DNA of 64,000 nt from Candidatus Levybacteria bacterium RIFCSPLOWO2_01_FULL_38_21 (GCA_001782475.1 MFOT01000014.1:12109-76108), one strand, 5' to 3'. Positions 38,598 to 50,249 are shown, counted from the first letter of the stretch. Numbers and translations are program-made. The notes: generated from the sequence alone by a model not told the origin.

Positions 38598-40487
38598 ATG
38601 CAAAAAGGGCAATCTCTTATTGAGCTACTTTTAACTATTGCCTTGGTTTCAATTTTTTTTCCGGCGCTTTTGACCGGATTTGTCTCAACCCGAAACAATA
38701 GGGCAATAAGGGATCAAAGACAACTTGCAACAGCATATCTGTATGAAGCACAGGAAGCAATAAGGGTTGTCCGGGCAAACAGTTGGTCTAATCTCCCTAC
38801 CGGTACATATCATCCAATTATTTCAGGCAGTACGTGGGTACTTATTAGTGGATCAGAGCTTATCGATAGTAATTTTACCCGTCAAATCGTTATTGACGAT
38901 GTCTTAAGAGACGGCAGCGGAAATATTACGCAAGATGGAACACTAGATCCATCTACCAAACGTATTACCATTTCTGTTTCATGGAATTTACCGTTTCCCA
39001 ACTCCGTTAGTGCAACATCGTATCTCACCCGGCATGATAGTAATATTTATACAGATACCACAGTTGCCGATTTTTCCGGAACGGCTCAGGGGGCGACAGT
39101 CTCGGCAACAACGGGAACTCCTATTCCTAATGATGGGCAGGTACAGCTTGGTGCTGGAGGCGAAGGTAATTGGTGCACGCCAAATTTATCAATTGCCTCC
39201 CTTGATCTTCCAAAAAATGGGGTTGCGAATGCAATATCGGCCATCGAAGGCAAGGGATTTGCCGGAACTGGCGATAACTCCTCGGGTGTTTCTTATGCTA
39301 GCATTGCAATAAGCAATACTCATCCTCCTGTCGCAACAGTTTTGGGAACTTTTGATGGGTTTAAAACCAATGACGGTATATTTGGGGAGCCGGATTATGC
39401 ATATCTTGCGACTGATAACAATTCAAAGGAGGTTGAAATTGTTGACATAACACACACGACAAATGGTAAATACTCAGAGGCAGGATATTTCAACGCTCCT
39501 GGGAATGGCACTGGGAATAGTGTCTTTGTTTTGGGCAACATTGGATATATGACTGATGGTAACCAGTTATATACTTTTGATCTGTCAAGCAAGTCCGGTT
39601 CCCGTCCCCAACTTGGAAGCGTCACGCTTGCCGACACCGGAGAAAAAGTTTATGTTGTGGGAAGCTATGCCTATGTTGCAATATCAGAAGGAACACTGGA
39701 ACTTCAGATTATTCAAGTCACAAATGGAGGAAGAACTTTATCGATGGTTGGACAAGCGGATGTTAACGGACACGAAGCGTCTGATGTGTTTGTAAATTCA
39801 ACAGGAACTCGCGTCTATCTTGCAACCGAGTCGTCTTCTTCGCAAAAAGAATTTTTTATAATAGATGTTTCGACAAAAACGGGAAACAGACCAACTGTTG
39901 GATCATATGAAGCAAACGGTATGAATTCAAAAGGTGTCACCGTTGTTCCGGGGAACAAAGCACTTCTTGTCGGGAAAGAAGGGGAGGAATACCAGGTCAT
40001 CGATATTTCAAATGAGACAAACCCCACACGCTGCGGAGGTTTAAATATAGACAGCGGAGTAAACGGTATTTCATCCGTTCTTGAACAAGATGGAGATGCT
40101 TATTCCTATATTATTACTGGTGATGCTACAGCTGAGTTCAAAATTATAGAGGGGGGGCAATTTCCAACAAGCGGAATATACACTTCTCCGATTTTTGATG
40201 CGGGATCGGATGTATATTTTAATAGCTTTATGGTTAACCACATTGTTCCACCCTCAACGTCAATGCAGTATGAAGTAGCAGTGGCAGCTGCCGTGAATAA
40301 TAGCTGTTCGAGCGCAATTTTTTCTTATGCCGGTCCATTTGCAACAAGTTCTGCTCTCCCCTCAACGACCGGAAACCCTTCGTATCAGAATCCGGGAAGG
40401 TGCCTAAAATATAAAGTTACACTTTCAACCTCTGACATTACTCAAATACCAATTCTATCGGATATAACCATTAATTACTCACCATGA
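38598..40487 (+). CDS. Large minor pilin with a repeat-built (LVIVD-like) beta-propeller region
   Basis: KG-QSLIEL prepilin motif; repeats such as YAYLAT...VEIVDI and YAYVA...LQIIQV. Confidence 0.82.
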   Translation: MQKGQSLIELLLTIALVSIFFPALLTGFVSTRNNRAIRDQRQLATAYLYEAQEAIRVVRANSWSNLPTGTYHPIISGSTWVLISGSELIDSNFTRQIVIDDVLRDGSGNITQDGTLDPSTKRITISVSWNLPFPNSVSATSYLTRHDSNIYTDTTVADFSGTAQGATVSATTGTPIPNDGQVQLGAGGEGNWCTPNLSIASLDLPKNGVANAISAIEGKGFAGTGDNSSGVSYASIAISNTHPPVATVLGTFDGFKTNDGIFGEPDYAYLATDNNSKEVEIVDITHTTNGKYSEAGYFNAPGNGTGNSVFVLGNIGYMTDGNQLYTFDLSSKSGSRPQLGSVTLADTGEKVYVVGSYAYVAISEGTLELQIIQVTNGGRTLSMVGQADVNGHEASDVFVNSTGTRVYLATESSSSQKEFFIIDVSTKTGNRPTVGSYEANGMNSKGVTVVPGNKALLVGKEGEEYQVIDISNETNPTRCGGLNIDSGVNGISSVLEQDGDAYSYIITGDATAEFKIIEGGQFPTSGIYTSPIFDAGSDVYFNSFMVNHIVPPSTSMQYEVAVAAAVNNSCSSAIFSYAGPFATSSALPSTTGNPSYQNPGRCLKYKVTLSTSDITQIPILSDITINYSP

Positions 40488-41029
40488 GGAATAAATTGAA
40501 AAAACAGAAGATAATTAAAGTTTTATTAAATAAGCAAGGCTTTACCTTTGTAGAGCTCTTATTGTATATTGGAGTTTTTTCTATTCTGATTGTAGCTCTT
40601 TTTCAACTTTTTACTTCAATCATCGATACGCAAATAGAGTCACAAAGCACGTCATCAGTTTTTCTAGATGGGCAGTATATTCTTAATCGTTTTAGATATG
40701 ATATGGAGCGCGCAAAAAGCATTATAATTCCATCTCCCCCGGGTCAACAAGGAGCAACAGCGGAGCTTTCTATAGATAATGCTACGCATACATATTCTTT
40801 AGTTCAGGGGAACCTAACCCTCACAAATGATGTTGCGTCAATAACTGGTCAGCTTAACAGCTTAGACACTACTGTTTCCAATCTTAATTTTACTCGAGTA
40901 AGCGATACGCAAGCAAAGAACACTGATACACTAACCATCTCTTTTAGGCTTACAAGCAATGTAATAAAAAGAGGAGGACCAAAAGCAGAAAATTTTAAGA
41001 CAACGGTCGGGATGCGACCAAAACAATAA
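40484..41029 (+). CDS. Minor pilin (PilW-like)
   Basis: QG-FTFVELLLY. Confidence 0.85.
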   Translation: MRNKLKKQKIIKVLLNKQGFTFVELLLYIGVFSILIVALFQLFTSIIDTQIESQSTSSVFLDGQYILNRFRYDMERAKSIIIPSPPGQQGATAELSIDNATHTYSLVQGNLTLTNDVASITGQLNSLDTTVSNLNFTRVSDTQAKNTDTLTISFRLTSNVIKRGGPKAENFKTTVGMRPKQ

Positions 41030-41032
41030 TCC

Positions 41033-41416
41033 ATGAATCGGAAGTTTAAAATGTCTCTTAATCAAAAAGGGCAGGTATTTGTAACATTGCTGTTTTTTGT
41101 TATTATTGGTGTAACAATTATATCGGCTGAGACAATTGTACTTTTTACAAATATCCTATCAGGAAGTACCGAAGAGCAAGGAGCAAATGCTTATTATGTT
41201 GCTGAAAGCGGCATCGAAGAAGCTTTGCTTCGATTAAATCGTAATCCTGGTTACGCTGGGGGAGTACTTACTGTAGGGCAAGGCAACGCCGCGACGCAAG
41301 TAGGCAATGGAATCATTACGGCAACAGGCACCTATGCGGGTACTATTAAAAAAATTGAAGTTCAAATAGTCAACAATGATGGCGCACTAAGAATAGTTTC
41401 GTGGAAGGAAATTTAA
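41033..41416 (+). CDS. Minor pilin (PilX-like)
   Basis: KG-QVFVTLL lacking Glu5; AYYVAESGIEEAL motif. Confidence 0.82.
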   Translation: MNRKFKMSLNQKGQVFVTLLFFVIIGVTIISAETIVLFTNILSGSTEEQGANAYYVAESGIEEALLRLNRNPGYAGGVLTVGQGNAATQVGNGIITATGTYAGTIKKIEVQIVNNDGALRIVSWKEI

Positions 41417-41418
41417 TA

Positions 41419-42225
41419 ATGGATTTTTCAGAAAAACAGACAATAGTTTGTTATATCGATAAGGATAAAGCATTGTTCTATCAGGATGTAGATGGTTCAA
41501 TGCTCCAAATGGATTTTCCGCCTGATATTATCTCTGACCAAGAACTTACCGGTAGAGAAAAACTAGAGCAGCTTATCAAGTCCTTTCTTGAAACTAACAA
41601 ATTGGGGAAAGGAAATATTATTTTTATCTATGCTCCAAATGTTACCATTGAGAAAGATTTTCCAGACGAACTTGCAAGAAATAAAAATGAAGAAATTCAA
41701 AAATTCATCGACATGATTCCATTTGAAGAAGTCTTGAGCAAAATTTATAAATTAAATAAAAAGACAAAGGTAGTCACAATTAATCAAGAAATATATAAAT
41801 CAATAAAAAATATTTTTGAGAAGAAAAATTTTTTAGTTCTTGGAATTATTCCATCTACAGTACTTCAAGAAGCAGTCGCGGAGTTATCAATGAATATAGA
41901 TTTAGCCTTTATCGCAAGTAAAATATATTCTCTTAGGCAATATAGTATGGTAAATGATGGTGAACTTAAAAATGAGAATACTAAAGAAAAGCCTGCTTCA
42001 AAAAAACAAAATATCAGAATTTATTTTCTATTAGCTGTTTTTGCCATATTGCTTTTTGTTCTTATAATTATTTTGATAATAAATCTTTTTCCAAAAAATT
42101 CATCAAAAAACCTTCCAGTTTTAGAACCGCCGCTCTCTCCAACTCCGACAGTACCAGTGGTAAATCGGGAATCAATACCAGTAACACAACCGTCTATTAG
42201 CTCTCCAAGTGGGTCAGATATCTAA
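41419..42225 (+). CDS. Hypothetical bitopic membrane protein, possible PilM/PilN-like alignment component
   Basis: Cytoplasmic domain, one TM helix, Pro/Ser-rich tail; position in the pil operon. Confidence 0.55.
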   Translation: MDFSEKQTIVCYIDKDKALFYQDVDGSMLQMDFPPDIISDQELTGREKLEQLIKSFLETNKLGKGNIIFIYAPNVTIEKDFPDELARNKNEEIQKFIDMIPFEEVLSKIYKLNKKTKVVTINQEIYKSIKNIFEKKNFLVLGIIPSTVLQEAVAELSMNIDLAFIASKIYSLRQYSMVNDGELKNENTKEKPASKKQNIRIYFLLAVFAILLFVLIIILIINLFPKNSSKNLPVLEPPLSPTPTVPVVNRESIPVTQPSISSPSGSDI

Positions 42226-42306
42226 CCTCAGTGAGCAAAAGAGCCATGTAATTGCTCTTGTTGACAGGGTAATTTCTACTGTGTTATGGTTAATTTGTCT
42301 ATTTTA

Positions 42307-42765
42307 ATGAATTACTCTCTATCGCAGAAAAAAAACAAAGGCTTTACGTTAATAGAAATCCTTGTTGTAATAGGAGTATTGTCAGTTCTTTTCTCAATTA
42401 TTCTTTTTTTAATCAATCCTGCCGGACAATTTAGTCGGGCAAATAATGCAAAACGACGAAGCGATATTATGGCAATTCTTAATGCAATAGGCGCATATAA
42501 CGCAGATAATAAAGGAGTTTTGCCGAATAGTATTACAACCACTGTTGCAACTATAACAGATGCGGTAAATGGCGCTGACATCTGTGCTTTGTTGGTCCCA
42601 AAATTTATTCCTGCCCTTCCAACTGATCCATCCCTTAAAACAAATGACATAACTACATGCACAAACTATAATACAGGATATACCGTCGTAAAGGACGCAA
42701 ATAATAGAGTTACTCTCGCGGCCCCAAATCAAGAAAATGGTGAAGTAATTTCCATAACCCGATAA
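42307..42765 (+). CDS. Type IV pilin (probable major pilin)
   Basis: KG-FTLIEILVVI, disulfide-forming Cys pair, own TTGACA promoter upstream. Confidence 0.88.
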   Translation: MNYSLSQKKNKGFTLIEILVVIGVLSVLFSIILFLINPAGQFSRANNAKRRSDIMAILNAIGAYNADNKGVLPNSITTTVATITDAVNGADICALLVPKFIPALPTDPSLKTNDITTCTNYNTGYTVVKDANNRVTLAAPNQENGEVISITR

Positions 42766-42876
42766 TTGCCAGCGTGCGACCCATTAGTCCTCCACAAGCA
42801 ACTTCAGGAGACAATCAAAAGCATGTAGTGGATTGCTCTACTTCAAATTTTCCCCTATAATAAAAGATCGATTTCT

Positions 42877-45807
42877 ATGGATAAGATAATTATAAAAGGT
42901 GCGAGGGAGCACAATTTAAAATCTATAAACGTAGAAATTCCAAAAAACAAGCTTGTTGTTTTTACAGGTCTTTCGGGCAGCGGAAAATCCTCTTTGGCTT
43001 TTGACACTATTTACGCCGAAGGGCAGAGAAGATATGTAGAAAGTTTATCATCTTACGCAAGACAGTTTCTTGGAATTATGAAAAAACCCGATGTAGACTT
43101 AATAGAAGGGCTATCTCCTGCAATATCAATTGACCAAAAATCTACCTCACATAATCCTCGCTCAACAGTTGGAACAGTTACGGAAATTTACGATTACCTA
43201 AGACTTCTTTTTGCCCGAATCGGTCATCCGCATTGCCCAAGCTGCAGACGAGAAATAACTCATATGACAAAAGAGCAAATTACTAATGCAATTTTTGATC
43301 TTTTAAAAAATCAAAATACAAACATAAAGCTTGCTAAATTAAAAATTTTAATCTTATCCCCAATTGTCAAAGACAGAAAAGGAGAATACAGAGAGCTTTT
43401 TTTGGATCTTAAAAAAAGAGGATATAAAAAAGTACGAGTAGATAGAGAAATATTCAATGTTGATGAAAATTTTGTACTTATAAAAACTAATAAGCACAAT
43501 ATTGATGTTGTAATTGACGAGCTTATTTTAACAAAAGATACAGACAGATTAAGAGTAGGGGAGGCTGTTGAGCAGGGTCTTAAGCTGGGAGATGGAGAAC
43601 TTATTCTTTCAATTGTAAAAGATCCCGGTTTTACGATTCCTGAGAAACCCAAGAAAATGGAGGATGAACTTTTCTCGGAAAAATTTGCATGTCCTTTTTG
43701 TAATATTTCAATTCCGGAGATAGAACCTCGAATTTTCTCCTTTAACACTCCTCATGGAGCTTGTCCAACTTGTAATGGCTTGGGAACAATTCTTACGGTT
43801 GATAAAGATTTAGTCTTTAATAATAATTTATCAATCTCAGAAGGCGGGATTCTGCCTTTTCCAAATATTTATTATCAGGATACGTGGTTCTCAAGAATAT
43901 TTATAACTTTTTGTAACGAAAATAACATTCCCCAAACAAAGAGGTTTTCAGAAATCTCAGAAGATAAAAAAAATCTTTTGCTTTTGGGAACAGGAGATAG
44001 GGAGTACGAGGTAAAAGGGAAAAATAGATGGGGAAGACCTACTGTAATTTACGAACCATTTAAAGGGGTCCTTAATGAAATAAAACAAAGGTACCATTCA
44101 ACAGAGTCCCCATTTATAAAAAGCCAAATAGAAAAATTTATGAAATTTGAAACCTGTTTTGAGTGCAGTGGCGTAAGACTTAAAAAAGAAGCGCTTTTGG
44201 TAACGGTGGATGGAAAATCGATAGTCGATATTTCTAATCTTTCTATTTCTCTTTGCGCTGAATTTATAAATAACCTGCAATCCGGAATTTCCCAAAGAGA
44301 AGGAGAAATCGGGAGAATGATAATAAAAGAAATCAAGCAAAGGCTTTCTTTTTTACTAGATGTGGGTCTTGAATATTTGACACTATCTCGGGGCGCTCAA
44401 ACTTTAGCAGGAGGAGAAGCGCAGAGAATAAGGCTTGCCTCTCAAATTGGATCAGGACTTGCCGGAGTTTTATATGTATTGGATGAGCCTTCTATTGGAC
44501 TTCATCCAAGGGACAACGGAAAGCTTATTAAAACTCTTAAAAAATTAAGAGATTTGGGAAATACGGTAATCGTTGTCGAACACGATAGAGAAACAATGGA
44601 AGAATCAGATTTTATTTTAGATTTTGGTCCGGGAGCAGGAGAAGAAGGAGGAAGAATAATCGCACAGGGAGCTGTTTCGGAAATTAAAAAAAACCAAAAT
44701 TCTCTAACCGGGCAGTACTTATCTGGTGAAAGAAAAATTGAAATATTGAATGAGAAAGAGAAAATTTCTTTACAAGGAGTATCCTTATCTGCCTCGGCAA
44801 GAAGTATCCTCATAAGAAAAGCGATAACCATTATAGGAGCTAAAGAGCACAATCTAAAAAATATTGATGTTGTATTTCCGCTTAATAAATTTATTGTCGT
44901 TACCGGTGTTTCAGGATCGGGAAAATCAACTTTAATAAATGACATTCTCTACCATGCATTAATGCAGAAACAAAACCCATATCACCGTGAAAAACCGGGA
45001 CGCTTCGATAGTCTTGAGGGGTATGAAAATATAAAGCATGTTTTCTTAATAGACCAGTCTCCAATAGGGAGAACTCCAAGAAGTAATCCTGTGACATACA
45101 CTGGCAGTTTTACTTACATAAGAGAGTTATTTGCGAAAACAAAGGAAGCAAAACTGCGCGGATATAAAACTGGAAGATTTTCGTTTAATGTAAAAGGAGG
45201 ACGATGTGAGGCATGCCTTGGTGAGGGACAAATAAAAATAGGAATGCAGTTTTTGCCGGATATTTACATAAAATGCGAACAGTGCGAGGGGCTTCAATAT
45301 AATAACGAAGTTCTGGAAGTTTTGTTTAACGGCAAAAACATTGCGCAGGTTTTGGCAATGAGCGTATCTGAGGCTCTCTCGTTTTTCTCATTTGTACCGG
45401 GTCTTTCACATAAACTTCAGACCTTAAATGACGTTGGGTTATCCTACATGGGACTTGGTCAATCAGCACCAACGCTCTCGGGCGGAGAAGCGCAGCGAGT
45501 AAAGCTTGCTACAGAATTATCTAAGAGAGGGGGACAATCTTTGTATTTGCTGGATGAACCGACAACAGGTCTCCACTTTGCAGACTTGGAAAAACTCCTA
45601 ATTGTCCTAAAAAAACTTGTTAAACAGGGAAATACAGTTATAATCATAGAGCATAACTTAGATGTTATAAAAAATGCCGACTACATTATAGATTTGGGAC
45701 CAGAGGGCGGAGAAAACGGAGGAGAAATTGTAGCTTCTGGAACACCCTTAGAAGTTTCAAAAAATCCAAAGTCCTATACAGGCAGATTTTTAAAAAAAGT
45801 ACTGTAA
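42877..45807 (+). CDS. uvrA: Excinuclease ABC subunit A
   Basis: Two ABC modules ([18 protein letters not shown]), zinc fingers, LSGGEAQR. Confidence 0.98.
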   Translation: MDKIIIKGAREHNLKSINVEIPKNKLVVFTGLSGSGKSSLAFDTIYAEGQRRYVESLSSYARQFLGIMKKPDVDLIEGLSPAISIDQKSTSHNPRSTVGTVTEIYDYLRLLFARIGHPHCPSCRREITHMTKEQITNAIFDLLKNQNTNIKLAKLKILILSPIVKDRKGEYRELFLDLKKRGYKKVRVDREIFNVDENFVLIKTNKHNIDVVIDELILTKDTDRLRVGEAVEQGLKLGDGELILSIVKDPGFTIPEKPKKMEDELFSEKFACPFCNISIPEIEPRIFSFNTPHGACPTCNGLGTILTVDKDLVFNNNLSISEGGILPFPNIYYQDTWFSRIFITFCNENNIPQTKRFSEISEDKKNLLLLGTGDREYEVKGKNRWGRPTVIYEPFKGVLNEIKQRYHSTESPFIKSQIEKFMKFETCFECSGVRLKKEALLVTVDGKSIVDISNLSISLCAEFINNLQSGISQREGEIGRMIIKEIKQRLSFLLDVGLEYLTLSRGAQTLAGGEAQRIRLASQIGSGLAGVLYVLDEPSIGLHPRDNGKLIKTLKKLRDLGNTVIVVEHDRETMEESDFILDFGPGAGEEGGRIIAQGAVSEIKKNQNSLTGQYLSGERKIEILNEKEKISLQGVSLSASARSILIRKAITIIGAKEHNLKNIDVVFPLNKFIVVTGVSGSGKSTLINDILYHALMQKQNPYHREKPGRFDSLEGYENIKHVFLIDQSPIGRTPRSNPVTYTGSFTYIRELFAKTKEAKLRGYKTGRFSFNVKGGRCEACLGEGQIKIGMQFLPDIYIKCEQCEGLQYNNEVLEVLFNGKNIAQVLAMSVSEALSFFSFVPGLSHKLQTLNDVGLSYMGLGQSAPTLSGGEAQRVKLATELSKRGGQSLYLLDEPTTGLHFADLEKLLIVLKKLVKQGNTVIIIEHNLDVIKNADYIIDLGPEGGENGGEIVASGTPLEVSKNPKSYTGRFLKKVL
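44772..44813. repeat. Composite palindromic element (family C) inside uvrA
   Basis: ACAAGGAGTATCCTTAT-CTGCCTCG-GCAAGAAGTATCCTCAT. Confidence 0.8.
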
Positions 45808-45837
45808 AAAATTAAAAAATAAATATATACTAAACTC

Positions 45838-47673
45838 ATGAGGAGATTAATTCTTCTTTTATTTTTTTTCTATTTTTTCTTAATCTCGCCTTCTTTCTCT
45901 TTTGCAGCTTCGAATTTTTTAACAGATTATGATATAAGATATACAATTTTTGAAAATCAGAATACCCATGTCGAAATTAATGTTATTCTAACAAATCAAA
46001 CCTCGGTTTACTATGCATCTTCGTATAAAATTCATCTCGGATTTGAGCAAATAGAAAATATCAAAGCCTTTGATCCCGACGGAAACATACTTGGCAACGT
46101 ATCAAAAGATAACGAAGAGCAAACAATTGAAGTAAATTTCAACAAAAGAGTAACAGGCGTTGGAAACAAGCTTAATCTTACTATATCCTTTGATACTAAG
46201 GAAGTTGCCCAAAAATTAGGAAACATATGGGAGGTAAATATTCCGGGATTTTCTCCCAAGTCAAATTACTCAAGTCTAAATGCCCAGGTAACCGTACCCA
46301 AAAGTTTTGGAAGGCCGGCTTATGTTAAACCGCAAATTAAGGACTGGCAGCAAAAAGAAAACACTTATTTCTTTACTAAAGAACAGCTTGAAAAATCCGG
46401 AATCTCTATGGCATTTGGTGAAAATCAAATATATAAATTTAATCTTACCTATCATCTTTTAAATAAAAATTTATTTCCCATAAGAACCGAGATTGCTCTG
46501 CCTCCTAACACTAACTATCAGGATGTACAAATAGAAAACATAAACCCCAAACCGACAAATGTAAAAGTAGATAATGACGGCAATTGGCTTGCGGAGTATT
46601 CATTATCTCCGGGAAAAAAAATTGATGTAAATGCAAACGGCAAAATAAAAATTACTCTTTCTCCAAAAAAAGAACCAAAAACAGACAACGAATTGTCAAA
46701 ATACCTAAAACCGAAAAAATATTGGGAAGCGGATAATGAAAAGATAAAAAAGCTTGCTCAGTCTTTAAAAACACCCAGAGCAATTTATGATTATGTTTCG
46801 GGTTATCTTAAGTATGATTACTCAAGAGTTTCCTCAAACAAACCAAGATTAGGAGCTCTAAATTCAATGAATGACCCTTTCTCTGCAGTATGTCTAGAGT
46901 TTACAGATCTTTTCGTAACATTAGCAAGAGCGGCAGGGATACCGTCGCGGGAGATAGACGGATACGCATACACACAAAATTCTAAAAAGAGACCTCTGTC
47001 TTTAGTAAAAGACGTTTTGCATGCATGGCCGCAGTATTACGATAAGGACATTAAAACCTGGGTGATGGTTGATCCCACGTGGGCAAATACAACAGAGGGT
47101 ATGGATTATTTTGATGTTTTAGATTTTGATCATATAGCATTTGTTATTAAGGGGCAGGAGAGCAATTACCCTGTTCCTGCCGGCGGATACAAAATTCCGG
47201 GGAATGAAGCATTAAAAGATGTTGATGTCAGTTTTGCTAATATTTTTGAAGAAGAAACTCCGACTTTGCAAATAGTCCAAAACCTGCCGAATAATTTAAT
47301 ATCCGGGCTTCCTTTTTCGGGAAGTCTTTTAATCAAAAATGCCGGAAAAACCTTAGCACCTTCGCAAAGTATAATTATCTATACATCTGTTCTTAAACCT
47401 TATTATCAAAGACTTGCCTTAGGTGAAATTCCACCCTATGGGAGTATTATTCTTCCGATCTCATTTTCTAAAACATCATTTTTGACAAATAGACAAGATC
47501 TAATTAGAATATCGCTTGGAGGAAGTACGCTTTTTCATAAGATTAAGATTACTCCAATCTTTTTAAGTAAATGGGTTTTATTAGGAGGTGCAGTAGTTTT
47601 TTTTGGAATACTCATTGTATCAGTCATTGCCATCAAACCCTGGAATCTACCTATTTTTAGATCAAAAGGGTAA
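45838..47673 (+). CDS. Secreted, membrane-anchored transglutaminase-like protein
   Basis: Signal peptide; triad AVCLEF / HAW / VDPTW; C-terminal TM helix. Confidence 0.88.
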   Translation: MRRLILLLFFFYFFLISPSFSFAASNFLTDYDIRYTIFENQNTHVEINVILTNQTSVYYASSYKIHLGFEQIENIKAFDPDGNILGNVSKDNEEQTIEVNFNKRVTGVGNKLNLTISFDTKEVAQKLGNIWEVNIPGFSPKSNYSSLNAQVTVPKSFGRPAYVKPQIKDWQQKENTYFFTKEQLEKSGISMAFGENQIYKFNLTYHLLNKNLFPIRTEIALPPNTNYQDVQIENINPKPTNVKVDNDGNWLAEYSLSPGKKIDVNANGKIKITLSPKKEPKTDNELSKYLKPKKYWEADNEKIKKLAQSLKTPRAIYDYVSGYLKYDYSRVSSNKPRLGALNSMNDPFSAVCLEFTDLFVTLARAAGIPSREIDGYAYTQNSKKRPLSLVKDVLHAWPQYYDKDIKTWVMVDPTWANTTEGMDYFDVLDFDHIAFVIKGQESNYPVPAGGYKIPGNEALKDVDVSFANIFEEETPTLQIVQNLPNNLISGLPFSGSLLIKNAGKTLAPSQSIIIYTSVLKPYYQRLALGEIPPYGSIILPISFSKTSFLTNRQDLIRISLGGSTLFHKIKITPIFLSKWVLLGGAVVFFGILIVSVIAIKPWNLPIFRSKG

Positions 47674-48883
47674 GGTTTTATATGTAGGGAAGGCAAAAAA
47701 CTTAAAAAAAAGAGTAGGCAGCTATCTTATTAATAGGTCTTCGCTTCTTGAAAAAACAAAGATTCTTATATCCAAAACCTCAGAGATTAAAACAATTAAC
47801 ACCCATTCCGAGATAGAAGCCTTACTCCTTGAAGCAAATTATATAAAAAAATATAGACCCTTTTTTAACTTACGGCTTGTCAACGGAAAAGCTTATCCCC
47901 TTATTAAAATAACTATTAAAGATGACTATCCTAAAATCCTTATCTTACGAAGAATCGAGGATAAAAAAAACAACTTATACTTTGGTCCTTATCCAAACGC
48001 AGGCGCGATGAGATTAGTATTAAAAACTATAAGAAAAATTTTTCCATACCAATCTGTTAAAAACCATTCAAAAAAAGTTTGCCTGTATTATCATTTGGGA
48101 TTATGCCCGTGCCCTGCGATTTTTGATTCACCCGTACTTAAGAAGGAGTATAAAAAAAATATAAAAAGAATAGTCACTTTCCTAAAAGGAGATACAAAAA
48201 AAGTATTAAGGGATTTGGAAAAAGAGAGAGATGCTTTAAGCAAAAAGGAAGAATATGAAAAGGCAAATAATCTTCAGGAGAAAATAAACTCGATTCTAAT
48301 TGTTACAAGTCCTTCTTATCCCTCTTTTGATTCCCAAGTTAATCCGAATTTAGAAGAAGATATAAAAAATGAACAACTGTTGAGCCTAAAAGAAGCACTT
48401 AAGAACACAAAATCGCAAGTTGCTTTACCTAGAAGAATCGAATCTTTTGATATATCAAATATCTCGGGTCAATTTGCAGTTGGATCTATGGTTGTTTTTA
48501 CTAACGGAGAAAAAGACTCCACTCTTTACAGAAGATTTAAGATAAGATTTTCAAAAGGGAAAGCAAATGATTTTGCGATGCTTTCAGAAGTTGTATCTCG
48601 AAGACTAAATCATAGTGAGTGGCCATTTCCAGATCTTATAATAGTAGACGGAGGAAAGGGACAAGTTTCTTCTATTCTTAAAGTCTTAAAAAGAAAAAAT
48701 CTAAATCTCGGACTTATCGGAATAGCCAAAAAAGAAGAAACTATAATAACATCGGATTTAAAAGAAATTAAGCTGCCAAAAGACTCCAAAGCCTTACATT
48801 TAGTAAGAAGAATAAGAGACGAAGCGCACAGATTTGCCCTTCTCTATCATCGCAAACTCCGCTTACGATCTATCATGAATTAA
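47603..48883 (+). CDS. uvrC: Excinuclease ABC subunit C (no C-terminal HhH)
   Basis: GIY-YIG (PGIY, YVGKAKNL), UVR, FDISN, DGGKGQ and RDEAHRFA motifs. Confidence 0.93.
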   Translation: MEYSLYQSLPSNPGIYLFLDQKGKVLYVGKAKNLKKRVGSYLINRSSLLEKTKILISKTSEIKTINTHSEIEALLLEANYIKKYRPFFNLRLVNGKAYPLIKITIKDDYPKILILRRIEDKKNNLYFGPYPNAGAMRLVLKTIRKIFPYQSVKNHSKKVCLYYHLGLCPCPAIFDSPVLKKEYKKNIKRIVTFLKGDTKKVLRDLEKERDALSKKEEYEKANNLQEKINSILIVTSPSYPSFDSQVNPNLEEDIKNEQLLSLKEALKNTKSQVALPRRIESFDISNISGQFAVGSMVVFTNGEKDSTLYRRFKIRFSKGKANDFAMLSEVVSRRLNHSEWPFPDLIIVDGGKGQVSSILKVLKRKNLNLGLIGIAKKEETIITSDLKEIKLPKDSKALHLVRRIRDEAHRFALLYHRKLRLRSIMN

Positions 48884-50235
48884 TTTCTTGAGATTTCGTA
48901 AGTATAGGGAAGATATAAAAAGGATGCAGGCGGATCATCCAGGATATATTTTTCAAAATCTAAATAAATTTTCTTACGTGTATTTATATCGATTGTCTTT
49001 CTCCCGTCTTCTAACAGCTTATCTATTCTTAAGTTTTTATATCTTGATATATTGCTGTTTTGACCTGAATGCCATAAGACATATTGATCGGGGTCTTTTA
49101 AGAGATTAAAATCACCCAAAAACATTTGGAAATTTGATGGAATTGTGTCGACTATTTCTATTCTTGGCACAACACCAATTTTTTTAAAACTCTCAAGTAG
49201 AATTTTTGCTGTATTTTTATATTGCGGTAAGGTCTTAATTATAACTATAAGTTTAGAAGAATCAGAAGCACCTTCAGATGCAGACAAAAGATTTTTGGCA
49301 TGTTCTATGTCCTGCATGCGGATATCTAATTTTTGATTCGCCCAGGAATTTGGAGAAAATGGACCAGGATTTCTCTTTCCATTTTCAAATTTATCGGGCA
49401 CAGCATACGATAAGGCTTCCCTTATTTTCTTTTCCGACAAAATCCTATCTTGCGTGTTGTAAAAAAGTGTTATCAATTGTTTGTCGTTTAAGACTTTTTT
49501 TACCGTGACAGATTTAAAAGAATTTATTTTTTTATCTTTAAAAGTTACATCGTGAATGCCTGAAATTTTAGAAACTTCTCCTATAACAAAGGCCGTTTTT
49601 AAAGCGTCTTCTGTCGGAAAAAATTGATATTTTATTATCTTTTTGTTGGATTTAATTGATATTAAATCAATAGAAGTTACAAAATCTCCATTAAACTTTA
49701 TAGATTTTACTTTATAGCTACCAAGCCCAACAAAACCCTTTTTAAAAATTGGTCTTGATACCGTGATAAGAAAAGGCGAATACGCTTCTTTTAATCTAAA
49801 AATAATTGTGTATTCATTGGGTCGCAGGATTGACGCATCCGAAAAATTATAAGTTACATTTTTTGAAGTAAGGCGTGTTTCATCCGAAAAGTATACATTT
49901 TTTCTTAAGAAAAATGTATATTCCCTGCCATTATCAGCAATTTTCCAACTTTGCGCAATATCGGGTCTAACATTTCCATCCTCAGAAACTGAAGTTAATC
50001 CTCTTGAAACACTTGTTAAGATGTAGGAAGGAAGATCATTAACGGTAAATGAACCGGCTACACCGACCGTTTCTTTTGGAATAAAGAGAAATGTAGATGG
50101 AAGAATTTTTATTAAAATCCTTAAGGCAAAAAATGCAAAAAGTCCTATTGCAAAAAAAACAAGAATTGATCGTCCCCATTTTTTAAAATAGGCTTTAATA
50201 AGCCAGAATATCAGACGGCGCCTAAATACAATCAT
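48880..50235 (-). CDS. ABC substrate-binding protein family 5 with N-terminal TM anchor
   Basis: PDIAQSW...YTFFLR..VYFSD; DPDQY.LWHS; NISRY.N..ID.LLE.GR. Confidence 0.85.
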   Translation of the reverse strand: MIVFRRRLIFWLIKAYFKKWGRSILVFFAIGLFAFFALRILIKILPSTFLFIPKETVGVAGSFTVNDLPSYILTSVSRGLTSVSEDGNVRPDIAQSWKIADNGREYTFFLRKNVYFSDETRLTSKNVTYNFSDASILRPNEYTIIFRLKEAYSPFLITVSRPIFKKGFVGLGSYKVKSIKFNGDFVTSIDLISIKSNKKIIKYQFFPTEDALKTAFVIGEVSKISGIHDVTFKDKKINSFKSVTVKKVLNDKQLITLFYNTQDRILSEKKIREALSYAVPDKFENGKRNPGPFSPNSWANQKLDIRMQDIEHAKNLLSASEGASDSSKLIVIIKTLPQYKNTAKILLESFKKIGVVPRIEIVDTIPSNFQMFLGDFNLLKDPDQYVLWHSGQNSNISRYKNLRIDKLLEDGRKTIDINTRKKIYLDFEKYILDDPPASFLYLPYTYEISRN

Positions 50236-50249
50236 AAATTCAAATTATT

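Noticed and set aside
42766-42830. Possible gene remnant after the pilin (ACDPLVLHKQLQETIKSM*)
   Set aside because: Too short, no start and no recognisable motif.
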